Positions 19,106-27,751 of a DNA stretch of 64,000 nt are shown here, piece by piece (the stretch's first letter is position 1; each line of letters opens with the position of its first letter). The position numbers were made by a program, and so were the translations under genes. The stretch is from Allomuricauda sp. (lineage in GTDB: Bacteria; Bacteroidota; Bacteroidia; Flavobacteriales; Flavobacteriaceae): the NCBI GenBank assembly GCA_028280385.1, contig JANQLX010000002.1, positions 249,726 through 313,725 of the forward strand, in the 5' to 3' direction. The notes beneath the pieces were generated by a model. It had not been told where the DNA came from. It was given only the letters and a program-made list of their open reading frames with translations, and did no database searches.

Positions 19106-22100
19106 ATGAATGTAACAAAATTTGTGGTTGCACTTCTTGTGCTCCTTTGCGCGATTTCCTGTGGTAAAAAACAAAAAGAAATATTGGTGTTTAGCAAAAC
19201 TGCTGGCTTTAGGCACGGTTCTATTGAAGCTGGAATTGCAGCGCTGCAAAAATTAGGGACAGAGCACGACTTTAAAGTTGTGGCCACGGAAGATGCATCC
19301 TACATCGTGGAGGATTCCTTGAAAAATTATGATGCCGTTGTCTTTTTGAATACCACGGGCGACATCTTAAATGCGGTTCAAGAGGCCGATTTTGAACGTT
19401 ACATGCAAGCAGGGGGCGGTTTTGTGGGTATTCATGCCGCAACTGATACCGAGTACGATTGGCCATGGTACAACAAAATGGTGGGGGCCTACTTTATGGG
19501 GCATCCGGCAGTGCAGCCCGCTACCTTAAATGTTATTGACCGCACCCATCCAAGCACCAAAATGTTGGATAGCACTTGGGTCAAGGAGGATGAGTGGTAC
19601 AATTTCAAAAACATCAACACCGATGTCAATGTGTTGATCAATATTGATGAAAGTAGCTATGAAGGAGGCGAGAATGGGGAGAACCACCCCATTTCCTGGT
19701 ATCATGAACATGATGGCGGAAGGGCTTTTTACACGGCCATGGGCCACACTGATGAAACATTTACTGACGAGACTTTTTTAAAGCACCTCATGGGCGGAAT
19801 AGATTACGCCACAGGTGGCGGTTCGTTGGATTACAGCAAGGCCAAGACGGAAAGAGTGCCTCTTGAGAACAGGTTTACCAAAACAATCCTTGATTTTAAC
19901 CTGGATGAGCCCATGGAGTTGGAAGAACTTCCAGGAAGGGGGATTCTATTTATTGAACGGCGCGGAAGTCTTAAATTGTACGACTTCAAAACGGCAACCA
20001 CCAAGGTAATTGCCAAATTGGACCTGTTTTATGGCAACGAGGATGGCCTTTTGGGATTGGCAGTGGACCCCAATTACGAAAAGAACAACTGGATCTATCT
20101 CTTTTATTCATCCGAGGAAAAGGTGGAGCAACATGTTTCCCGCTTTACCCTTAAAGATGATGTGCTGGACTTGGATTCCGAAAAAATCCTGCTTGAGATT
20201 CCACTGATACGCGAGTGTTGCCACAGTGGTGGCGGCTTGGAATTTGGACCCAATGGAAATTTATTCATTGGTTTAGGAGACAACACCAATCCTTTTGAAT
20301 CCCAAGGGTTTGCGCCAATTGACGAGCAAGAAGGAAGGGCACTTTGGGATGCCCAAAAATCCGCTGCCAACACCAACGATCTACGCGGTAAAATCCTACG
20401 GATAAAACCGGAGGATGATGGCACCTATTCCATTCCAGAAGGGAACCTCTTTCCAGAAGGAACGCCCAATACCCGACCTGAAATCTACGTAATGGGCTGC
20501 CGGAACCCGTTCCGGTTCCATATTGATTCCAAAACTGGATATGTGTATTGGGGCGATGTTGGTCCCGATTCCGGTAAGGACGATCCCAACCGTGGGCCCA
20601 AAGGGATGGGTGAATTTGACCAGGCCAGAAAGGCTGGCTTTTGGGGATGGCCCTATACCCGTGGCAATAACCAGCAGTACAACGATTACGATTTTTCAAA
20701 GGAAGAATCTGGACCAAAGTTTGATCCCAACCGTTTGATCAATGATTCCCCAAACAATACGGGAATACAGGAGTTGCCACCAGCACAGGAATCCTTGATT
20801 TGGTATTCTTATGACCGTTCGGAAGAGTTTCCCTGGTTAGGAGAAGGTGGGGTAAACCCAATGGCAGGTGTGGTGTACCACTCCACAGATTATCCCAATG
20901 CCACCGAAAGTACTTTCCCCAAATATTTTGAGAACAAACTGTTTGTTTACGAATGGATGCGGGATTGGATCTATGTGGTTACCTTGGATGAAGACCAGAA
21001 CTATGTAAAAGCCGACCCCTTTATGCCCAGCACCGAGTTTTCGCACCCCATGGATATGATCTTTGGTTCGGACGGGAAGATGTATATGCTGGAATACGGT
21101 CAAAAATGGAACTCCAGAAATTTGGACGCCCGTTTAAGCCAAATATCTTACATAGAAGGTAACCTAAAACCTGTAGCACAGATCACCTCCAATACAGGAA
21201 TTGGGGCCGCTCCCCTATCCGTGGAATTTTCAGGTTCGTCTTCCATTGATTATGATGGGGATGCACTAAGCTACGAATGGTCCTTTTCCAATAGTTCGCA
21301 AGTTGAGTCCACCGAGGAATCTCCCGTTCACACCTTTCAGGAAGCCGGGTTGTACAATGTACGGCTAAAGGTAACCGACCCTTTTGGCAACAGTGATGTG
21401 ACCAACACCAAGATTTTGGTGGGCAATACCGCTCCAGAGCTTCAAATTCAGATTGAGCCCAAGGACTCTATGTATTTCAACAACAAAAAAGTCACCTATA
21501 AGGTGGTGGTAAATGATGCGGAAGATGGAAATTCGGAAACTGGCAGTATTCCAGCAGACCAGATCAAGGTGACCTTTAGCTATATACCCGAAGGTGAGGA
21601 CATGATCAAGGCCACTTTGGGGCACCAACAAAATGTGATTCCCGAAGGGAAACAACTTATGGATGCCACTGATTGTGCGGCCTGTCATGCTGTGGATGTA
21701 AAAGTTAACGGGCCCAGCTATACGGAAGTTGCCGAGAAATATACCTCTGATGACCGTAATTATCTCATAGATCGGGTCAAAAAAGGAGGTTCTGGGGTTT
21801 GGGGCGAATCCTTGATGTCTGCCCACCCACAATTGGATATTGAGGAAATCGGGAAGATGGTGGACTACATCCTTTCCCTTGTTCCTGATGAAAAAGTGGA
21901 GGAAACCTTGTTGCCACTTTCAGGCACCGTACGCTTTAGGGAACACATGCAAGGTGACAGCGGCGGAAAATATGTGTTGATGGCCTCCTATTTGGATCAA
22001 GGCAATGAGAAGGTCCCTAATTCTCAGCTGGCCACAAGTTCGCAGGTGATTTTCACAACTTCCAAATTGGAAGCGGAAGCAGCTGACGAACTCAGTGATG

Positions 22101-22456
22101 ACGTTGGGGAATGGGAAGCCGGAGGTGCGGAGCTGATCGGATCCATCACCCACGACAGTTTTATCGGTTTTGAAGACATTCATCTGGTTGGCCTAAAAAG
22201 CATCAGTTTTTCGGCCTTCTATATTGGCGGCTACAACTATAAGGGCGTTTTGGAGATTCGCGAAGATTCCCCAGAAGGTCCGGTTATCGGTAGTGTGGCC
22301 CTAGGGTACTACCACGAGTCGGATGAAGGTTTTAGGAGTTACGAAATTCCCGTGAAACCCACCGAGGAACAAAGTGCGCTTTATCTGGTCTTTAAAAATC
22401 CTGTGGATGAAAAACAATTTGTGGCCAATGCCAATTGGATCATTTTAAATTACTGA
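19106..22456 (+). CDS. lipoprotein: ThuA-like + GSDH (PQQ-type) propeller + PKD + cytochrome c + CBM6-like
   Basis: Lipobox LCAISC; ThuA ILVFSKTAGFRHGSI and YTAMGH; GSDH HSGGGLEFGP and GCRNPFR; PKD GLYNVRLKVTD; heme CAACH; C-terminal CBM6-like sandwich. Confidence 0.88.
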   Translation: MNVTKFVVALLVLLCAISCGKKQKEILVFSKTAGFRHGSIEAGIAALQKLGTEHDFKVVATEDASYIVEDSLKNYDAVVFLNTTGDILNAVQEADFERYMQAGGGFVGIHAATDTEYDWPWYNKMVGAYFMGHPAVQPATLNVIDRTHPSTKMLDSTWVKEDEWYNFKNINTDVNVLINIDESSYEGGENGENHPISWYHEHDGGRAFYTAMGHTDETFTDETFLKHLMGGIDYATGGGSLDYSKAKTERVPLENRFTKTILDFNLDEPMELEELPGRGILFIERRGSLKLYDFKTATTKVIAKLDLFYGNEDGLLGLAVDPNYEKNNWIYLFYSSEEKVEQHVSRFTLKDDVLDLDSEKILLEIPLIRECCHSGGGLEFGPNGNLFIGLGDNTNPFESQGFAPIDEQEGRALWDAQKSAANTNDLRGKILRIKPEDDGTYSIPEGNLFPEGTPNTRPEIYVMGCRNPFRFHIDSKTGYVYWGDVGPDSGKDDPNRGPKGMGEFDQARKAGFWGWPYTRGNNQQYNDYDFSKEESGPKFDPNRLINDSPNNTGIQELPPAQESLIWYSYDRSEEFPWLGEGGVNPMAGVVYHSTDYPNATESTFPKYFENKLFVYEWMRDWIYVVTLDEDQNYVKADPFMPSTEFSHPMDMIFGSDGKMYMLEYGQKWNSRNLDARLSQISYIEGNLKPVAQITSNTGIGAAPLSVEFSGSSSIDYDGDALSYEWSFSNSSQVESTEESPVHTFQEAGLYNVRLKVTDPFGNSDVTNTKILVGNTAPELQIQIEPKDSMYFNNKKVTYKVVVNDAEDGNSETGSIPADQIKVTFSYIPEGEDMIKATLGHQQNVIPEGKQLMDATDCAACHAVDVKVNGPSYTEVAEKYTSDDRNYLIDRVKKGGSGVWGESLMSAHPQLDIEEIGKMVDYILSLVPDEKVEETLLPLSGTVRFREHMQGDSGGKYVLMASYLDQGNEKVPNSQLATSSQVIFTTSKLEAEAADELSDDVGEWEAGGAELIGSITHDSFIGFEDIHLVGLKSISFSAFYIGGYNYKGVLEIREDSPEGPVIGSVALGYYHESDEGFRSYEIPVKPTEEQSALYLVFKNPVDEKQFVANANWIILNY

Positions 22457-22495
22457 TCCAACTGGTTTGTTTATAAAACAACCGGATTAATTTTT
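22456..22495. terminator. probable terminator between convergent genes
   Basis: Imperfect hairpin (GGTTTGTTT / AAACAACC, outer ATCC / GGAT) followed by a T-run. Confidence 0.4.
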
Positions 22496-22500
22496 GCAAT

Positions 22501-22547
22501 GGACTAGTTGATATGGTGGTTATTTGCTTATAACGCCCAACTAGTCC
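22501..22547. repeat. 10-bp perfect inverted repeat overlapping the serine hydrolase stop
   Basis: GGACTAGTTG (22501-22510) and CAACTAGTCC (22538-22547). Confidence 0.5.
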
Positions 22548-24550
22548 TTGTCTTTTTTACCCTCAACAAAGATTTGCCAAGCATCTATGGTAAGCTCACT
22601 TCCAGTATCTGAATTGGTATATATGATATAGCCCATTTTTAGCTTGTCATAAATTTCAAATTGGCATTTAAAATCCCCGTTGTTTCCGCCATGGTAAAAT
22701 GTATCACCATAGTCCGTTTCCCGAATAAAAATTCCAAGACCTGCACCCTCCTTCTTGCCAGGGATATTCCAGTATTCCGAATCTGACTCTGTATGAATCT
22801 CCAAAAAATCGGAATACGTGCTTGGTTTCAGTCCTTTTCTCTCTAAAATGGTAAGGGCATATTTGGCAAATGCTTTCGCCTCCGTATGCATACTAAATGC
22901 CATACCGGCGTATTGTGGAATGTCCCAATTGGTAGGATGGCCTCCCACATGTCCATCGGATACCACCTCGCGCAGGGCTTCACTATCACTAAATTCCATG
23001 TGGTACAGTTCATTAGGCGCTATCAACTCCTCGTTAAGAATTTGCTCAATGGTCTTACCTGTAATTTTAACCACCACACGCTTTAGGTATTCAAAACCTT
23101 CCCCAGAATAGCCGTACTTTTCCCCTGGCTCGTTGATCATCTCAACTCCCCAATTGGGCAATCCGCTCCGATGGATCAATACGTGTCTTGCCGTCATCTT
23201 TTTGTATTCTGGGTACTCCTCAAGCTGCTCAAATGGAAGATATTCATGCAATGGCCTATCCAGGTCAATGATGTTGCGATCTGCCAATCTTAGCACCACA
23301 TAGGCAAAAACTGGTTTGGTGATCGAAGCGGCCTCAAACAAGGTCTTGTCATCAACAGGCTCCTTGGTCACCGAGTTCTTCACCCCATAGGTTTTGTGAT
23401 ACACCACTTTTCCGTCCTTGACCAAGGCCAACGAGACGCCCGGAATATTATAATGCGCTTGATAGCCCTCAATGACCTTGTCAACTTCTGTTTTTGATTC
23501 TTCGTTAAAATCATGCAGCAGTCCCACCTCAGGAATCATGTCTGGTTCAGGGAGCATTTTAATCTTCAAAGCAGGAATGGAATCATGGCCTTCCTTACCC
23601 AAAGAAAACCTTACCGGTTCTGTTGGGGCCATTCTGTGATATCTATAGTCAAGCGGAACAATTTTGGTGGGAACTTCTATTTGATATTCCCCAACGGGCA
23701 AAGGCACTGAAAATCCTCCTGTGGAATCCACCACGGTCTGAACCCACATGTTCTCGTTATCCAGACTGCTCATCCTAACGCTTATGGGAACCGGGGTCTC
23801 GGTCACTGAGGAGGTGTCCACCCTACCTTTCACCAAGCCAATCTCCGTGGCATCCGCTATAAAAATCACATTGCCCAGTCGGTCTGGGTTTGCCACTTTT
23901 TGTGTTCCCCTGCCCCAGGATAACCAGGTAAAACTGTCATCCTCGTCTTTATCAACCACTACCAGGTCCATTCCCAACGACATGCCTTCTTCAATTTTCC
24001 GGTCCAGTTTTACTTTCCACTCTACCGTTTTACCTGTTTCGGTTACATTTTTGGCCATCTCAACCTTGTCCCAGGCAGTTCTTGCCCCATAGGCGTTGCG
24101 GTCGTTCCCGTATTCGCTGTACTGGGTAACCGGCGATCCCGTTTTTAAACTTTCTTCGTTGATATACAGTTCCAGGCCATCTTGGTTGTCCCAAAAAGAC
24201 AACTCCGGGGATTCTATGACCAGGGATTCATCTGCAATTTCCATGGCAATATAGATTTCGCTTTGGTCTGCATTATAGCCAATTCGAAAATTGCCTTGAA
24301 AGTCTTCATTGCTGTTGGGAGCTTTGCCCAATTCCGCATTTTTGATTGGGTAGGAGCTGATATCCGAAGGCCATTCCGAAAGGTTCCCATCCAAAGTAAT
24401 GTTGTCCACGGGAACGGCGTAGGCAATTGCAGCATCGGTGTCTATTGTAGTTGCTTCCTTTGAATTTTGACATGAGGATATCAAACCAAAGGTGAGCAAA
24501 AGAATGAAATAAAGAAGGTGGGACAGGGAACCGGAACGGAGTGTTTTCAT
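22541..24550 (-). CDS. serine hydrolase (beta-lactamase-like family) lipoprotein with N-terminal CBM9/DOMON-like domain
   Basis: Lipobox LISSC; ITLDGNLSEW and GMDLVVVDKD (CBM9-like); catalytic SxxK (ASITK), YSG, HGG. Confidence 0.85.
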   Translation of the reverse strand: MKTLRSGSLSHLLYFILLLTFGLISSCQNSKEATTIDTDAAIAYAVPVDNITLDGNLSEWPSDISSYPIKNAELGKAPNSNEDFQGNFRIGYNADQSEIYIAMEIADESLVIESPELSFWDNQDGLELYINEESLKTGSPVTQYSEYGNDRNAYGARTAWDKVEMAKNVTETGKTVEWKVKLDRKIEEGMSLGMDLVVVDKDEDDSFTWLSWGRGTQKVANPDRLGNVIFIADATEIGLVKGRVDTSSVTETPVPISVRMSSLDNENMWVQTVVDSTGGFSVPLPVGEYQIEVPTKIVPLDYRYHRMAPTEPVRFSLGKEGHDSIPALKIKMLPEPDMIPEVGLLHDFNEESKTEVDKVIEGYQAHYNIPGVSLALVKDGKVVYHKTYGVKNSVTKEPVDDKTLFEAASITKPVFAYVVLRLADRNIIDLDRPLHEYLPFEQLEEYPEYKKMTARHVLIHRSGLPNWGVEMINEPGEKYGYSGEGFEYLKRVVVKITGKTIEQILNEELIAPNELYHMEFSDSEALREVVSDGHVGGHPTNWDIPQYAGMAFSMHTEAKAFAKYALTILERKGLKPSTYSDFLEIHTESDSEYWNIPGKKEGAGLGIFIRETDYGDTFYHGGNNGDFKCQFEIYDKLKMGYIIYTNSDTGSELTIDAWQIFVEGKKDKD

Positions 24551-24675
24551 GATGTGGTCTATTAGTTATTAAACTAAGGAGTCCTTAAAAATCAAACTGT
24601 TACAGTAAAACAACAATTCTTTTCCAAAGCGGTCACCCATGTCCTTTTTGGTAGGACGGGCAGGCTTCTTTTTTT

Positions 24676-24895
24676 CTATTTTTTGGGAAAAAAGACAAAG
24701 GATTTTAGCACGATCTTCCAGTGGCCGTCTATTTTTTGCAGTTCCAGGCAATCTATGTAGTGTCCACTGTTCAATGGGATGTTTACCATGGCAATGGCCA
24801 ACTGGGCATCCACGATTTCCAGACTTTGCAGGGTGTAGCCAATACCATAATCACAAGTCTCGAGTTTCCACAACCCTCCCTTAAGGGCCTGTTTG
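24676..24895 (-). pseudogene. 3' remnant of an NTF2-like (putative lumazine-binding) gene
   Basis: SLEIVDAQLAIAMVNI...HYIDCLELQKIDGHWKIVLKSF matches the family C-terminus; only ~73 codons lie outside panE and no ATG precedes the conserved part. Confidence 0.45.
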
Positions 24896-25828
24896 CTATT
24901 CCCTCTTTTGAATTTCCGCAAACAGCTGTTGATATGTTGGCACGTCAACACTAAAGTGTTGTGCTGCTTCAACCACATAACCTACCAAACTTTGTACCTC
25001 GGTATGGGCCTTTTTGTTTTGGAAGTCAGAATGTAAGGAAGAGGTGGCCGTACCGGGCAGACTTTCCAGTTTGGCCAATACTTTTTCGGGCATATTGTTG
25101 GAGATGGTTATGCATTTTGCCTGCGCTACTTGGGCCACTTCATTTACCAGGGCTATCACGGTGTTTCGTTTATTGGCATCGGCTAGTAAGGGGCCCACGG
25201 GAGCATCAAAATAGGTGGTGGCCGTGGCCATTACCGAGATAAAGACAAACTTTTCCCAGATCACCTTTTCAATATGTGGGGTCAGGGTCACCGCTACCCC
25301 GGCCCGCCGGAGTATTTTTTCAAGGGCGTACAGCCGGGCGTCAGACCCGCCTTCCATCCCAAAGAACAGCTTTTTAATGTTGCCCAGGTTCTCCACCACC
25401 CCAGGGCGGGACAGTCGCGCAATGATGTACACGCAGCCATCGCACACCAAATTGTTGGGCAATAATTTTTGGATACGGTCCCTACAATCTACCCCATTGA
25501 GCATGGGCAAGATCACCGTTTGTGGGCCAATACAGGGAGCCAATTGTTCTATGGTCTGCTCCAGATCATAACTTTTGGTGCAGACAATAATATAGTCCAC
25601 CTCGCCAATTTCGTTGGCATTGTCCGAGGCCAGTTTGGGAACGGCCACAAACTGCTCCCCGCCCTCAATCACCGTTAAGCCAGTTTCCTGGATTTTCTTT
25701 AGATGTGCGCCCCGGGCCAAAAAGCACACTTCTACCCTTGGGCTGTCCTCAAATTGTTTGGCGAGCAGGCCTCCAAAGAAGCCGCCCACTCCTCCTATTC
25801 CAGCAATCAGAATTCGTGTGGTACCCAT
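24896..25828 (-). CDS. panE: 2-dehydropantoate 2-reductase (ApbA/PanE family)
   Basis: IAGIGGVGG, CTKSYDL, LNGVD, WEKFVF, SSLHSDF, TEV. Confidence 0.88.
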   Translation of the reverse strand: MGTTRILIAGIGGVGGFFGGLLAKQFEDSPRVEVCFLARGAHLKKIQETGLTVIEGGEQFVAVPKLASDNANEIGEVDYIIVCTKSYDLEQTIEQLAPCIGPQTVILPMLNGVDCRDRIQKLLPNNLVCDGCVYIIARLSRPGVVENLGNIKKLFFGMEGGSDARLYALEKILRRAGVAVTLTPHIEKVIWEKFVFISVMATATTYFDAPVGPLLADANKRNTVIALVNEVAQVAQAKCITISNNMPEKVLAKLESLPGTATSSLHSDFQNKKAHTEVQSLVGYVVEAAQHFSVDVPTYQQLFAEIQKRE

Positions 25829-25917
25829 GAACCAAGCGTTAGTTTTTCTGAAAATTAAGGATTTATTGCAACTTGAACGGGCATAATTATACCCTTTAAA
25901 TTTTAAGGGTGCACAGC

Positions 25918-26622
25918 TCAGTTGTTGTTTGGATGCTCCCTGGTAAAAGGCACAAAACGCACTGCCATAAGCTCACGTTTTATAACCTTGTTTTTCTTTT
26001 TGATCACCAACACCAACTGCCTAACGCCATTATGGGGGCCCACTGGAATGATAAGCCTACCCCCTACCTTGAGCTGGTCAATCAAGGGTTGTGGAATGTA
26101 TTCCGCACCCGCGGTGACCATAATGGCATCAAAAGGGGCTTTCTCCGGCCATCCGTTGTACCCGTCCCCTCGCCACACCACAGTATTTGTGTAGCCCAAA
26201 TTGGCCAATCGCTCTTTGGCCGCTTTGGCCAAATCCTCCACAATCTCAATGGTATAAACGGTATCTACAATTTTGGAAAGCACCGCTGCCTGATAGCCGG
26301 AACCCGTACCAATTTCCAATACCCTATCTCCCGACTTTAACCGCAGCGCCTGGGTCATAAATGCCACGATATAAGGTTGGGAAATGGTCTGCCCATTTCC
26401 AATGGGCAGGGGACTGTCATTGTAGGCAAAGGGTTTTACATCTTCTGGCACAAATTGGTGCCGGGGCACGTTCAGCAGTGCATAGAGCGTGCCCAGATCA
26501 TCTATGCCCCGTGCCCTTATTTGGGTTTCCACCATGTGCTTTCTTTGGGCCGTATAATTATTTTGGCCCAATACCGTCTGGGTCAATAAAAGAGAAAATA
26601 AGATCGCAACTGCCCTAGCCAT
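25918..26622 (-). CDS. pcm: protein-L-isoaspartate O-methyltransferase
   Basis: VPRHQFV, GQTISQPYIVA, VLEIGTGSGYQAA, GDGYNGW, FDAIMVTA, QLKVGGRLIIPVG, VRFVP. ATG 26622 (ORF track TTG 26631). Confidence 0.95.
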   Translation of the reverse strand: MARAVAILFSLLLTQTVLGQNNYTAQRKHMVETQIRARGIDDLGTLYALLNVPRHQFVPEDVKPFAYNDSPLPIGNGQTISQPYIVAFMTQALRLKSGDRVLEIGTGSGYQAAVLSKIVDTVYTIEIVEDLAKAAKERLANLGYTNTVVWRGDGYNGWPEKAPFDAIMVTAGAEYIPQPLIDQLKVGGRLIIPVGPHNGVRQLVLVIKKKNKVIKRELMAVRFVPFTREHPNNN

Positions 26623-26659
26623 GGCCAACAATTAAATTGATAGCCAATAAGTTACAAAA

Positions 26660-27730
26660 CTATTGCTCCAGAATCAACTTGTTGGACAGGTACATATAGC
26701 GGGCATAGTTTTTAGATCGCTCCCCGGCATGTTCATAGGCTTTGCCAAAATGATAGGTGGCTTTTTCCTGATTTTGGGCTTTAATATAGTATTCCCCCAT
26801 GGCCAAATTGGCAATCCAGTTGTCCGGCTCCTTATTAAGCATTTCAGATAGCAGTCTATAGGTCTTTGGCGCATCGCCCTCCAACAGCATAAAGCTTAAG
26901 GGATAATAATAGAAATAGGGAAATCCTTCCCCCAGGGTGAGCGCTTGCTCTTCATACTTCTTGCTCTCTGCAGCCTTACCCTGTTGGGCCAACAATTGGG
27001 ATTTGAGCATGGTGTTTCGGAACTCTGCCCCAATTTCCAAGGATTGATCTACATATGACAACGCCTCTGCCACCTTTCCGGGGTCTTCCGCCACGGTCAA
27101 CTGGGCAATTTTGATGTAATCGTCCACTGTTTTTTCCTCCTTGGCCTTCAGGTCGGCCAACACATTGGCATTGACATCCACGCCTATTTCCACCCCACAA
27201 CGGACGGTAGACCACTTTAATTCCAATTGGGCGGATTGGGGTTGTAATTCATTGAATTCATATCGTAGATGTTCCTGATAAGGTGCTGTTTTGGGGGTTG
27301 CCGTTACCCTAAGGGCATCTTCTTCCTTTTTATAACTGAAACTTCCCCAATTATCCGCATTCTTCGAGAAGATAAAGACCCATTCGTTTTTCTTTACAAA
27401 AATGTGTAGTCCATACTTTCCCTTGGCAAGCGGTTTTCCCTGGATTTTTACATCATGGGTGAATTCTATGGTAGTATTTTGATTGGAACCAGCTCTCCAT
27501 GGGTATTCCACCCCATCCACAACAAAATCGTAGGGAACAATGCCGCCAAAAATTTTCCTCTTTTTGGCAGAAGGACTATGGTACACCACGGTAACATCCG
27601 TGGTTCCGATACGTTGTGTAATGCTTGCACGCTGGCTTACCTTGGTGGCCACCAGCATGTCCTGGGCCATGGAGCCAAAAATCCCGGTCAGTGCAACACA
27701 TAGGCAGCACAGTTTAAATCTTAGTGTCAT
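26660..27730 (-). CDS. DUF2911 domain protein with C-terminal TPRs
   Basis: SQRASITQRIG, IFGGIVPY, WRAGSNQNTTIEF; TPR-like helices at the C-terminus; signal peptide. Confidence 0.85.
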   Translation of the reverse strand: MTLRFKLCCLCVALTGIFGSMAQDMLVATKVSQRASITQRIGTTDVTVVYHSPSAKKRKIFGGIVPYDFVVDGVEYPWRAGSNQNTTIEFTHDVKIQGKPLAKGKYGLHIFVKKNEWVFIFSKNADNWGSFSYKKEEDALRVTATPKTAPYQEHLRYEFNELQPQSAQLELKWSTVRCGVEIGVDVNANVLADLKAKEEKTVDDYIKIAQLTVAEDPGKVAEALSYVDQSLEIGAEFRNTMLKSQLLAQQGKAAESKKYEEQALTLGEGFPYFYYYPLSFMLLEGDAPKTYRLLSEMLNKEPDNWIANLAMGEYYIKAQNQEKATYHFGKAYEHAGERSKNYARYMYLSNKLILEQ

Positions 27731-27751
27731 GATTGCGTTTTTAAGTTGATG

